DNA from: Bacteroidales bacterium
Lineage (GTDB): Bacteria > Bacteroidota > Bacteroidia > Bacteroidales > UBA932
Direction: 5' to 3'
DNA: 35,472 nucleotides
Assembly (NCBI GenBank): GCA_017650285.1
Contig: JAGCFF010000058.1
Location: 1 to 35,472, forward strand
In this document: positions 25,467-33,824 of the stretch, piece after piece
Layout of the letters: every line of letters starts with the position of its first letter
How positions within the stretch are numbered: position 1 is the first letter of the stretch
The notes under the pieces: generated by a model
Seen by the model: the letters and a program-made list of their open reading frames with translations, nothing else
Database searches by the model: none
What the model was told of the DNA's origin: nothing
Made by a program: the position numbers and the translations under genes

Positions 25467-27824
25467 TTACATCCTGTTCTTGCTGTCCTGGCCTGCTCCG
25501 GTGCCCTTGTATTTGCTCTGGGCTGCATTGAAGATATAGCGGAGCGAGAACTTTACACGCTGTGTGTCCATAATGTTCGTCTGCCATACTTTGTAGCTGC
25601 CGAAGTCGGTGGATACGTCGTTGTGTCCCATTCCTGCCAGGTCGCTGCCTTCCAGGCGCAGCACCAGAGAACCGTCTTTGAGGAGGGTCTTCTGAACAGC
25701 TGCGGAGAGGTTGAAGTAGTTGTTGGTGAGATACATATTAGATGTGTAGCCTTTGCTGTAGACCACTCCGCCCAGTTCCATCTGCCAGCCGCCTTTCAGA
25801 CGCAGGGTGTTGAAGAGCTGTGCCACGAACAGAGGTTTGTCATTGAAGGACGCCTTCCTGTAGCCTGATGGCTGACTGGAGTCGGGGACGTTGATGGTAA
25901 GCCACTGGGGCTGGGCTACGAAAGTATAGTTCAGCGAGAGAGGGCCTATCGTAGGTGTAAAGTTCACATAAGCTGATAAGTTGCGGAAAGGATCATCCAG
26001 GTTGCGGGGTTTCACCAGCATCACGCCCTCGTCGTTGTAGGCGGTGGCCCAGGTGACAATGGCGTTGTTCACGTGGGAGTATGTAGCGCCGAGGGCAATG
26101 AATTTCCACACTGCGGTAAGGCTCACGTCGTGCATTGTCTGAGGCTGCAGGGCAGCGTTTCCGCTCTGCCACAGGTAGCGGCTGTTGTAGCGTACTGCAC
26201 TGGAGAGCATCGAGAAGTCCGGGCGGAGAGTCTTGGCGCTGTAGTTGAGCAGCAGCTGCACGGGACCGAAGGCGTTGGCATACGAAACGGTAGGGAACCA
26301 GTTGCCGTAGGAACGCCTGATGTCGTTCTGATGGGCCAGGGCATCCTCGTATACATAGAGGACGTGCTCGTAGCGGACTCCGGCGCTTATCTGTCCGATT
26401 TTGGGCAGATAGAAGGCGTATGATGCGAAACCTGCGATATTGTCCTCCTTCACGCTGGCGTCTGAAGCAGGCACCGTAATGCCGGTGAGGGAGTATTTGT
26501 CTGACCGGCGGGAGAATGTCTCCTCTGTGCCGAGCTGGAGCTGTCCGACGAGAACAGGATAGGACAGGACCAGTTTGGTGGCATACATCCGGTTGCGGCT
26601 GTCGGAGCTGGTGCTGACCTTTGCATCGTGTGTCATGCCGCTGGTCTCGTCAGAATTGCTGAGGGTGGTGCTGACATTGGTGAAATAGTCGGCGTTGAAG
26701 TCGATGTTCAGCTTGCCGCCGACAGTGCCGTTGTAATAGACATTGGTGCCTATGTTGTAGGGAGTGATATCTCCGAATCTGTCTTCCGTGAGGGTTCTTA
26801 TGTCGTCAACCAGCACGCCGTCGCGATGCACCTTGTCGGTGATCAGGGTACGGCTCTCCTGGCTGAGACTGCGTCCCCATTCCACCTTTCCGCCCAAGAA
26901 GTGGTTGTCTGCCATCTGCCAGTTGATGCCGGAGCTGCCGCCGAGACTGCGCACCATTCCCATACCGTCGATAGTTGCCTGGTCGAGGAACTCCGGTGTG
27001 CCGGTGGATCTCTTCTCTGCATCGCTCAGCTGCATATAATGGCTCTTGTCGTAGTTGATGCTGGTAAAGATGTCCACACCGCCGGTGCGGTAGTTAAGGC
27101 TCAGGTTGGCTGCGGGGTCGTTGAAATCCGACCTTCTCAGGGACTGGGCGTCGGAGAGCGTGAGGTTGAAACCGAATCCGTCACCCTGGCGGCGGATGGT
27201 TCTGATGCGCACCACGGAGCGGACGCTTGCGTCGTACTGGGCCCCGGGGTTCGTGATGACCTCGATGCTCTGGATCTCGTTGCTTTGCAGGCGGACCAGT
27301 TCATTCGCGTCCGTCACCTTGCGTCCGTTTATATATATCAGCGGGGAGCCCTTGCCGATGACTTCGAGGCCGTTCTGGCCGGTCACAAGACCCGGAGTCT
27401 TGGCAAGTACGTCATTCGCCGTGCCGACATTCTCCAGGACAGAGCCGCGCACATTGGTCTGCAGGCCTTCGCCAGTGAGTTTTGTGACGGGCATCACTGC
27501 AGTCACCGCGGCTCCTTCCAGCATCTGGGTGTCTTCGGCCAGCGTAACTACCATTCCGTCCACCGGTGCAAGATACTGTGTCTGGTAACCCAGCATCACT
27601 ACCATCATTATTCCGTCGGTTTCATCTGTGATTATGTTGAACGTACCGTCATCCTGCGTAACGGCTCCGCATACTACAGTTGAATCCATCCTGGACAGCA
27701 CGGCTACGTTGGCATAAGCCACGGGATTTCCGTTCGAGTCCACTACTTTTCCTCTCCAGTCTTCTTTTGCGCCGGCCGTCATCGCGGTCAGCACCATAAT
27801 CATTGCTAAAAACAATCTCTTCAT
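25467..27824 (-). CDS. TonB-dependent-receptor-like outer membrane protein (CarboxypepD_reg N-domain, plug, and OMP_b-brl_3-type barrel)
   Basis: The ATG at 27824 gives 'MKRLFLAMIMVLTAMTAGA'. The N-domain shows 'GKVVDSNGNPVAYANVAVLS', the plug-like segment shows 'GLEVIGKGSPLIYINGRKV...IQSIEVITNPGAQYDA', and a ~550-aa beta-rich region follows. There is no SusD-like gene adjacent. Confidence 0.85.
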   Translation of the reverse strand: MKRLFLAMIMVLTAMTAGAKEDWRGKVVDSNGNPVAYANVAVLSRMDSTVVCGAVTQDDGTFNIITDETDGIMMVVMLGYQTQYLAPVDGMVVTLAEDTQMLEGAAVTAVMPVTKLTGEGLQTNVRGSVLENVGTANDVLAKTPGLVTGQNGLEVIGKGSPLIYINGRKVTDANELVRLQSNEIQSIEVITNPGAQYDASVRSVVRIRTIRRQGDGFGFNLTLSDAQSLRRSDFNDPAANLSLNYRTGGVDIFTSINYDKSHYMQLSDAEKRSTGTPEFLDQATIDGMGMVRSLGGSSGINWQMADNHFLGGKVEWGRSLSQESRTLITDKVHRDGVLVDDIRTLTEDRFGDITPYNIGTNVYYNGTVGGKLNIDFNADYFTNVSTTLSNSDETSGMTHDAKVSTSSDSRNRMYATKLVLSYPVLVGQLQLGTEETFSRRSDKYSLTGITVPASDASVKEDNIAGFASYAFYLPKIGQISAGVRYEHVLYVYEDALAHQNDIRRSYGNWFPTVSYANAFGPVQLLLNYSAKTLRPDFSMLSSAVRYNSRYLWQSGNAALQPQTMHDVSLTAVWKFIALGATYSHVNNAIVTWATAYNDEGVMLVKPRNLDDPFRNLSAYVNFTPTIGPLSLNYTFVAQPQWLTINVPDSSQPSGYRKASFNDKPLFVAQLFNTLRLKGGWQMELGGVVYSKGYTSNMYLTNNYFNLSAAVQKTLLKDGSLVLRLEGSDLAGMGHNDVSTDFGSYKVWQTNIMDTQRVKFSLRYIFNAAQSKYKGTGAGQDSKNRM

Positions 27825-28017
27825 TTCTGCTTTGTTTGTGTTTTTGCACATTAGACGCAGTCCTTTCAAAAAAACTACACAATAATAACGAAAAAGTGTC
27901 TCGAAAGGTTGGCGATCTTACAATAAAAAAGACGTACTGATACGAAAAATGTTAAGGAGAGAGCGAAATCACGTGCAAATAAGTTACCTTAGTATGATTA
28001 AATGAACCACCTGACCT

Positions 28018-28902
28018 ATGAAAAGAATACTTCTGATTGTCTGCTGCGCTGCTGTTGCAGCGTGCTCCCACAAGCCGGTCATAGACGTGCAGGCCCACAG
28101 GGGAGGCGCCGGGTTGATGCCGGAGAACACGCTCTCCGCAATGAAGAACGCCCTCGACCTTCGCGTAAACACCCTTGAATTCGACCTGCAACTGTCCAAG
28201 GACTGCGACGTGGTAGTCTCCCACGACAGCTATTTCCATCCCCGCTATTCCATCAGGCCTGACGGCTCTCTCATCGCCGAAAGCGACCCGAAGGAATACC
28301 TCTTCACTATGTCTTATGACAGCATCGCCAAGTACGAGGTAGGGCTTAGACACGTGGACCGCTGGCCCACGCAGGCCAAGATACACGAGGTGAAGCCGCT
28401 CGCAGGCGACCTGATCGACTTCAGCGAAGCCTATGCACAGCAGATCGGCCTCAAGCCTGTGAACTACAACATCGAGATCAAGTCCTGGCCCGGTGACGGA
28501 GAAGGCACACTGTGGCCTGACTACAAACTTTTCTGTGACACCTGCATTCCACTGCTTCTTTCGAAGCATCTCGGCGACCGTCTCATAGTCCAGAGTTTCG
28601 ACACGCGCGCTCTCAATTATATGCACGCCAAGTGGCCGGATGTAATCCTGTCGTATCTGACCGAAGCCTATGAAGGAGGCGACATCGAGGTCCTGCTCGG
28701 CAAGCTCGAATTCAAGCCCCAATGGTGGAGCCCGGAGTCGAGCGTAGTCACTCCCGAGAATGTGAAGTGGTGCCACGATCACGGAATAGGAGTCGTGCCG
28801 TGGACAGTGGACGATCCTGACGAGATGCGCCGCCTCGTGGAATGCGGCGTGGAGGCCATTATTTCAAATTATCCTGACATACTTATTGAGACTGTAAGAT
28901 AA
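28018..28902 (+). CDS. glpQ: Glycerophosphodiester phosphodiesterase lipoprotein
   Basis: It has the lipobox 'AAVAACS' and the GDPD motifs 'HRGGAGLMPENT' and 'LEFDLQLSKDCDVVVSHD'. Confidence 0.9.
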   Translation: MKRILLIVCCAAVAACSHKPVIDVQAHRGGAGLMPENTLSAMKNALDLRVNTLEFDLQLSKDCDVVVSHDSYFHPRYSIRPDGSLIAESDPKEYLFTMSYDSIAKYEVGLRHVDRWPTQAKIHEVKPLAGDLIDFSEAYAQQIGLKPVNYNIEIKSWPGDGEGTLWPDYKLFCDTCIPLLLSKHLGDRLIVQSFDTRALNYMHAKWPDVILSYLTEAYEGGDIEVLLGKLEFKPQWWSPESSVVTPENVKWCHDHGIGVVPWTVDDPDEMRRLVECGVEAIISNYPDILIETVR

Positions 28903-30272
28903 TGCTGAAATTCCTCAAGCAACCCGAATACAAGCCTGCACAGACCGGCCCCGAGGCCGATGCCAAATTCAAGCGTCTGCGTCTGCAGGTGTTCATCGGC
29001 GCCTTCATAGGCTACGCCGGTTTCTATCTTGTCCGCAAGAACCTTTCTATGGCCATCCCGGCTATGGTGCCGCTCGGATTCCAGAAGACCGAGCTGGGTT
29101 TCGTGCTGGGTCTGAATGCAGCCGCATACGCGCTGTCGAAGTTCCTTAACGGAAGTGTTTCAGACCGCTCGAACGCCCGCGTGTTCCTTCCGCTCGGCCT
29201 GATACTGACCGCCATCTCGATGTGCTTTATGATAGTCCCCATCCAGTTCATAGGAGCTGAGAACAAGGGGCTCGCCATCCTGGTGATGGGTGTGCTGAAC
29301 TGCCTTGTCGGCTGGTTCAACGGAATGGGCTGGCCTCCCTGCGGCCGTGTGATGACGCACTGGTTCTCTCCCGGAGAACGCGGCACTATGATGAGCATAT
29401 GGAACTGCGCCCACAATGTGGGTGGAGCGCTTGTCGGCCCTATGGCTACCTACGGCGCCGCCTGGTTCGGCAGTTGGTTCTACGGCACCCACGAGGAGCT
29501 TTACTTCCTCATCGGAACCTTCGCGTTCCCTGCCGCCGTGGCCCTGTTCATAGCCCTGCTGGCATATGTGCTGCTGCGCGACACGCCGCAGTCCTGCGGC
29601 CTGCAGTCGGTAGAGGCCTGGAGGAACGACTATCCCAAGAACTACTCCGAGAAGCACGAGCAGACCCTTTCTGCGAAGGAGATATTCTTCTCTCACGTGC
29701 TCAACAACAAGTTCCTCTGGTTCATAGCCCTCGCAAACGCCTTCGTATATATGGTTCGCTACGGCTGCCTCGACTGGGCTCCGACCATCCTCACGGAGAA
29801 GGGCATAGACCTCAAGAGCGCGGGTTGGGCCTACTTCGCCTATGAGTTTGCCGCAATCCCCGGCACTCTTCTCTGCGGCTGGCTGTCCGACCATCTTTTC
29901 AAGGGAACGAGGGCTCTCCCCACTATGCTCTTCATGGCGCTCGTGATGGTGTTCGTGGTTCTCTACTGGGCGTTCATCGACAACCTTACCGTAGTGATAA
30001 TCTGCCTCATCGGCATTGGCTTCTTCATCTATGGACCGGTGATGCTCATCGGTGTCCAGGCTCTCGACCTTGCCCCGAAGAATGCCGCCGGCACTGCCGC
30101 AGGACTCACCGGTTTCTTCGGCTACTTCCTCGGAACCTTCCTGCTGGCCAACACCGTCATCGGCCTCGTGGCACAGAATGCCGGCTGGGGCTGGACTTTC
30201 GTACTTCTGATTGCAGCCTGCCTGCTCTCCATATTCTTTATGGGACTTACAATGAAAGAGGAAAAACGCTGA
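28902..30272 (+). CDS. glpT: Glycerol-3-phosphate/phosphate antiporter (MFS, organophosphate:Pi antiporter family)
   Basis: It is collinear by eye with E. coli GlpT: 'FKRLRLQVFIGAFIGYAGFYLVRKN', 'GSVSDRSNARVFLP', 'GMGWPPCGRVMTHWF', 'WNCAHNVGG', 'RDTPQSCGL'. Its ATG shares one nt with the glpQ stop (TAATG). Confidence 0.95.
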   Translation: MLKFLKQPEYKPAQTGPEADAKFKRLRLQVFIGAFIGYAGFYLVRKNLSMAIPAMVPLGFQKTELGFVLGLNAAAYALSKFLNGSVSDRSNARVFLPLGLILTAISMCFMIVPIQFIGAENKGLAILVMGVLNCLVGWFNGMGWPPCGRVMTHWFSPGERGTMMSIWNCAHNVGGALVGPMATYGAAWFGSWFYGTHEELYFLIGTFAFPAAVALFIALLAYVLLRDTPQSCGLQSVEAWRNDYPKNYSEKHEQTLSAKEIFFSHVLNNKFLWFIALANAFVYMVRYGCLDWAPTILTEKGIDLKSAGWAYFAYEFAAIPGTLLCGWLSDHLFKGTRALPTMLFMALVMVFVVLYWAFIDNLTVVIICLIGIGFFIYGPVMLIGVQALDLAPKNAAGTAAGLTGFFGYFLGTFLLANTVIGLVAQNAGWGWTFVLLIAACLLSIFFMGLTMKEEKR

Positions 30273-30276
30273 CCTT

Positions 30277-31194
30277 ATGAAAAGACTGTTGATACTGGCC
30301 GTCCTGCTGGCCCTGGCAGTTTCCTGCCGCCCCAAGGAAATAATCCCTGACGCACCGGACTATGCCAAGTCTGCGGAATGGTACATCACCGACCGCGGAA
30401 GCGACATAGACCTGTTCTACATAGCTTCGACTTCGACCTTCGACTATGAGAAGGACGGTGCGGCCGTCCACTTTGCCTGGGCATCGGACTCGGCTGCCTG
30501 CCACAGTATGCGGGAGGAAATGGAAGGGGTGGACGCCATCCTTTCAGGCGACTTGAATTACTACTCGCCGTACTACCGCCAGATTTCGATGGAGACCTAT
30601 CTCGACCCGGCCCTGATCGAAAGCCGCTTTGCGCTGACCAAGGGAGATGTGAGCGCGGCCTTCAAATACTATATCGAGAACTATAACGAAGGGAGGCCTT
30701 TCGTGCTGGCCGGCTTCAGCCAGGGCGGGCAGGCCCTCGTGGAGCTTCTCAAGGAAATGCCTGAGAGCCTCCACGAACGTATGGTCGCCGCCTATGTGCT
30801 GGGATGGAAGATAACCCAGGACGAAGTCGAGAAATACGGCTCGATAATCCCTGCCACGGGCCCTGATGACACCGGCGTTACCATCTGCTACAACTCTGTG
30901 GAAGACCCCGAGGATGCGACTCCGCTCGTCAGCGAAGGCAACGCCGTTGCGATCAATCCCGTCAATTGGGTTACCGACTCTACGCCTGCCGTCCTCTTCG
31001 ACACTTTGACCGTTACGCTGGACCAGGAATCCAAACTTCTGCTGGTGGATGGTTTCGAAGGGACAGGCTATGCCTGGAAACCCTATTTCAAGGACGGCTG
31101 CTACCACACCTTCGAGATCCGCTGGTACGGCGACAGCCTTCGCGAGAATATCAAAAACCGCTGCCAGAATTATCTGACAACGGTTTCTGAGTAA
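30277..31194 (+). CDS. DUF3089-like alpha/beta-hydrolase-fold lipoprotein
   Basis: It has the lipobox 'LAVSC' and a nucleophile-elbow-like 'FVLAGFSQGGQAL'. Its length and layout fit DUF3089 as I recall it. It starts 4 nt after the glpT stop. Confidence 0.75.
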   Translation: MKRLLILAVLLALAVSCRPKEIIPDAPDYAKSAEWYITDRGSDIDLFYIASTSTFDYEKDGAAVHFAWASDSAACHSMREEMEGVDAILSGDLNYYSPYYRQISMETYLDPALIESRFALTKGDVSAAFKYYIENYNEGRPFVLAGFSQGGQALVELLKEMPESLHERMVAAYVLGWKITQDEVEKYGSIIPATGPDDTGVTICYNSVEDPEDATPLVSEGNAVAINPVNWVTDSTPAVLFDTLTVTLDQESKLLLVDGFEGTGYAWKPYFKDGCYHTFEIRWYGDSLRENIKNRCQNYLTTVSE

Positions 31195-31214
31195 TTGTCT
31201 GAAAACCCGGCCGG

Positions 31215-32840
31215 CTATCTCAGCGGCTGGAGTTCCATATAGTCTATATCCGGAATACCGCTGCGGTCGTTGGCGATCCTGATGGTATTCAGACCGGGCT
31301 TGAGGTTCACTGTGACTTCAACGTCCTGCCATTCCTCGGCGGGAGCTACCCTGACCTGACGGGCATTGTCGGGATTGTCGGACAGGTAGATCATGCTGCC
31401 GCGGGGCTCGCTGGTCAGGCAGCGGAGGGTGAGCTTGTATTCGCCGCCTTTAGGGCTCCAGACGTCGCGCCACTGGATGTCGTTGGTGGGTTTGAAACCG
31501 AGCTGTGTGACAGCCATTCCGCCTGAGCACTCAGCAACCGGAGTGTAGGTGGCAGTCTTGAAAGCCTGGTTGTTGTAGAGCTCCTGGTAGTCGCTCAGCC
31601 AGGCGGTCTCGGCCTCGTAACGCACGCGTTCCAGCCTCTGTTTTGCTGCTACGCGGTAGATGCGTGCGCCGTGGGCGGGAACGTCAGCTTCCAGACGGTC
31701 GGTGATGTTGCCGATGTCCTTGCGCTCGAAGAGGTCGCGTACAGCGGCTCCGCCTGCGAGGTCAAGGTCCTTGAGGTCGATGCCCATATGGCAGGGCTCG
31801 TCGGCAGGGTTGTAGAAGGCCACTGCACGGACGGTGCCGAAACGCTCCTCGATGTCCTTGGTGAGAACATAGGTTTCACCTTCGTGCTGGACCACATAGG
31901 CCTGGAGGCCCAGGGGATCCTGGTCGAGAGCGATGAGGTCGCGGTTGGTCATAAGGTCGAAGGCCTCTGAACGAAGGGTAGTCATATCGCAGCCGATCAG
32001 CAGGGGAGATGACATTATGCACCATATTCCGAAATGGGTCTTGTCTTCCTCGCTGCTCATTGAGCGGCCGACCTCGAGCATATCCATATCGTTGTAGTGT
32101 CCGCCACCTGCATAAGCCGAAAGGTAGAGGCTCTGGCCGATGATGCTCTTGACAGACTGCCAGCGGTCGCCGATATCGTGGGACATACGCCAGGAGATGG
32201 CCACGTCACGAACCCATACACCCGGGAAATCCCAGCGGCATACGTTCAGCCTGACATCCTTGCGTCCGGTGTTGTCGATGGCCTTGCGGATGGCGGTATA
32301 GCGCTCCTGAGGGTCGAGGGCCAGACGGTCTGAGTTCTGGGGTGCGTTGCCGCCGCAGAAATCCACCTTGATGAAGTCGAATCCCAGCTCCTTGAAGAAG
32401 TAGTCGGCATCCTGCTGGTCGTGGCCGTAAAGGCCCACGCCTCGGGCGATGGTGTCGCGGTTGTAGTAGCTTCCGCAGGTGTTGGCTCCGGCGTCACTGT
32501 AGATTCCGGCCTTGAGGCCGAGGGAATGGATGTGGTCCACGACCTTCTTCATTCCGTTGGGGAATCGTGTGGGATGGATGAGCAGCTGGCCGGTCTGGGG
32601 ATCGCGGCCTCCGAAATAACCGTCGTCGATGTTGATGTGGTTGTAGCCGGCGTCGGCCAGTCCTGTCGATACCATCGCATCTGCCTGGCTCATGATCAGG
32701 GAGTCGGAGATGTTGACGCTGTAGGTATTCCACGAGCTCCAGCCCATAGTGGGGAGTTGTATCTCATTGGAATTGCTCTGCCTGGGGGAACAAGAGACAG
32801 CCGCAAGCAGGGTCAGAATAAGGATGTACTTAGTTTTCAT
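31215..32840 (-). CDS. GH27 alpha-galactosidase (or alpha-N-acetylgalactosaminidase-like) lipoprotein with a C-terminal CBM6/35-like module
   Basis: It has the lipobox 'AAVSC' and the GH27 blocks 'PTMGWSSWNTY', 'INIDDGYF', 'FIKVDFCGG' and 'YNDMDMLEVG'. The C-terminal ~130 aa start 'RYEAETAW' and end 'IDYMELQP', typical of CBM6/35-type sugar-binding modules. Confidence 0.9.
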   Translation of the reverse strand: MKTKYILILTLLAAVSCSPRQSNSNEIQLPTMGWSSWNTYSVNISDSLIMSQADAMVSTGLADAGYNHINIDDGYFGGRDPQTGQLLIHPTRFPNGMKKVVDHIHSLGLKAGIYSDAGANTCGSYYNRDTIARGVGLYGHDQQDADYFFKELGFDFIKVDFCGGNAPQNSDRLALDPQERYTAIRKAIDNTGRKDVRLNVCRWDFPGVWVRDVAISWRMSHDIGDRWQSVKSIIGQSLYLSAYAGGGHYNDMDMLEVGRSMSSEEDKTHFGIWCIMSSPLLIGCDMTTLRSEAFDLMTNRDLIALDQDPLGLQAYVVQHEGETYVLTKDIEERFGTVRAVAFYNPADEPCHMGIDLKDLDLAGGAAVRDLFERKDIGNITDRLEADVPAHGARIYRVAAKQRLERVRYEAETAWLSDYQELYNNQAFKTATYTPVAECSGGMAVTQLGFKPTNDIQWRDVWSPKGGEYKLTLRCLTSEPRGSMIYLSDNPDNARQVRVAPAEEWQDVEVTVNLKPGLNTIRIANDRSGIPDIDYMELQPLR

Positions 32841-32846
32841 AGTATG

Positions 32847-33821
32847 TTAATACAAGTCGTCGATCTGGAGGGTTTTTACTTTTTTCAGGAATTCCGATAC
32901 CCTGCGGGTATATTCCTCGGGATGCTTCGCATAGGCGTTTGCGTGTACGGCACCTTCGGCCACCCACATTTCCTTGTATCCTGCAGTCTTGGCGTCGTAG
33001 TTCTTCTGCAGATGCTCGAAGGGAACGAAGTCATCGGCGTCGCCGTGGATGAAGAGCATCGGCAGATAGGACTTGGCAAGCTGGTTGACAGACGAAGCTT
33101 CCTTGAAGTCCCAGCCGTAGCGTTTCCTGCAGACGATGTTGGCGCTGTTGAGGATGGGGAAGGGCGGCAGGTGGAAAGTGTCGTTAAGATTCGAAGCGAA
33201 CTGGTCCCATACTGAGCTGTAGCCGCAGTCCTCGACGAATGCCTTGATGTAGTCGGGCAGGTTGTCGCCGCTCATCATCATAGTGGTGGCTGCACCCATC
33301 GACACGCCGTGCACGACGGTGAAGTCGTCCTTGAAGATCTCGTGCGCCTTTTCGGCCCACATCTCCACGTCGAAGCGGTCGAACCAGCCCATCTGGACTG
33401 CGTCGCCCTCCGAGTAACCGTGGTACTGGAGGTCCGGAACCATCACGTTATAGTTGAGTTCGTCGCGGTACATACGCACCAGATAGAGGAATACATAGTG
33501 GTTGTCGGTGTAGCCGTGAACGACTATCGCGGTGCCGTTGGCATTCGCAGGATCCTTCGCCGGAGCGTAGACTGCGTGGACTTTCTTTCCGTGGTATCCG
33601 TCGGCATAGATGTCTTTCAGTATGCCCTGGGACTTGAGGTTGTCATACCAGGCCGTGCTGCCGGCCAGAAGGGAATCGGCCTTGTAGCGGGTGCGCTCGA
33701 TGTCGTCCACGCCGTGAGGAGTGGGCTTGAGCGCGTAGTTGCACATGAACTTGCCGGCCAGACAGCTGTTCAGGGATAGTGCGACAAGCAGCAGCAAAGC
33801 TGCGTTGAGAAGCTTTTTCAT
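32847..33821 (-). CDS. Alpha/beta hydrolase lipoprotein (serine hydrolase)
   Basis: It has the lipobox 'SLNSC' and a catalytic triad context of 'VHGVSMGAAT' (GxSxG), 'FIHGDADDFVP' (Asp) and 'GAVHANAY' (His). Confidence 0.85.
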   Translation of the reverse strand: MKKLLNAALLLLVALSLNSCLAGKFMCNYALKPTPHGVDDIERTRYKADSLLAGSTAWYDNLKSQGILKDIYADGYHGKKVHAVYAPAKDPANANGTAIVVHGYTDNHYVFLYLVRMYRDELNYNVMVPDLQYHGYSEGDAVQMGWFDRFDVEMWAEKAHEIFKDDFTVVHGVSMGAATTMMMSGDNLPDYIKAFVEDCGYSSVWDQFASNLNDTFHLPPFPILNSANIVCRKRYGWDFKEASSVNQLAKSYLPMLFIHGDADDFVPFEHLQKNYDAKTAGYKEMWVAEGAVHANAYAKHPEEYTRRVSEFLKKVKTLQIDDLY

Positions 33822-33824
33822 AGG

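Noticed and set aside
25467-27824. The OM receptor considered as a SusC-type component of a polysaccharide utilisation locus.
   Set aside because: There is no adjacent SusD-like lipoprotein gene. The barrel looks like the OMP_b-brl_3/CarboxypepD_reg type rather than SusC. The neighbours are glp genes, not CAZymes.
29160-30335. Long antisense ORFs in the six-frame track. They include 29160-30335 (391 aa, opposite glpT), 34089-35093 (334 aa), 26628-27683 (351 aa), 17157-18122 (321 aa), 2733-3701 (322 aa), 5069-5992 (307 aa), 27952-28782, 14312-15091, 18531-19358, 23214-24005 and 11998-12639.
   Set aside because: Each lies fully opposite a CDS with strong family motifs. Their translations are low-complexity and rich in Arg, Gly, Ala, Val, His and Asp, with no recognisable motifs or signal peptides. 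Such stop-free antisense frames are expected in high-GC3 coding DNA.
31195-31214. The palindrome 'ccggccgg' (31207-31214) between the convergent DUF3089 and GH27 genes, considered as a terminator.
   Set aside because: It has no loop and no flanking T/A run, so it cannot form a meaningful hairpin.
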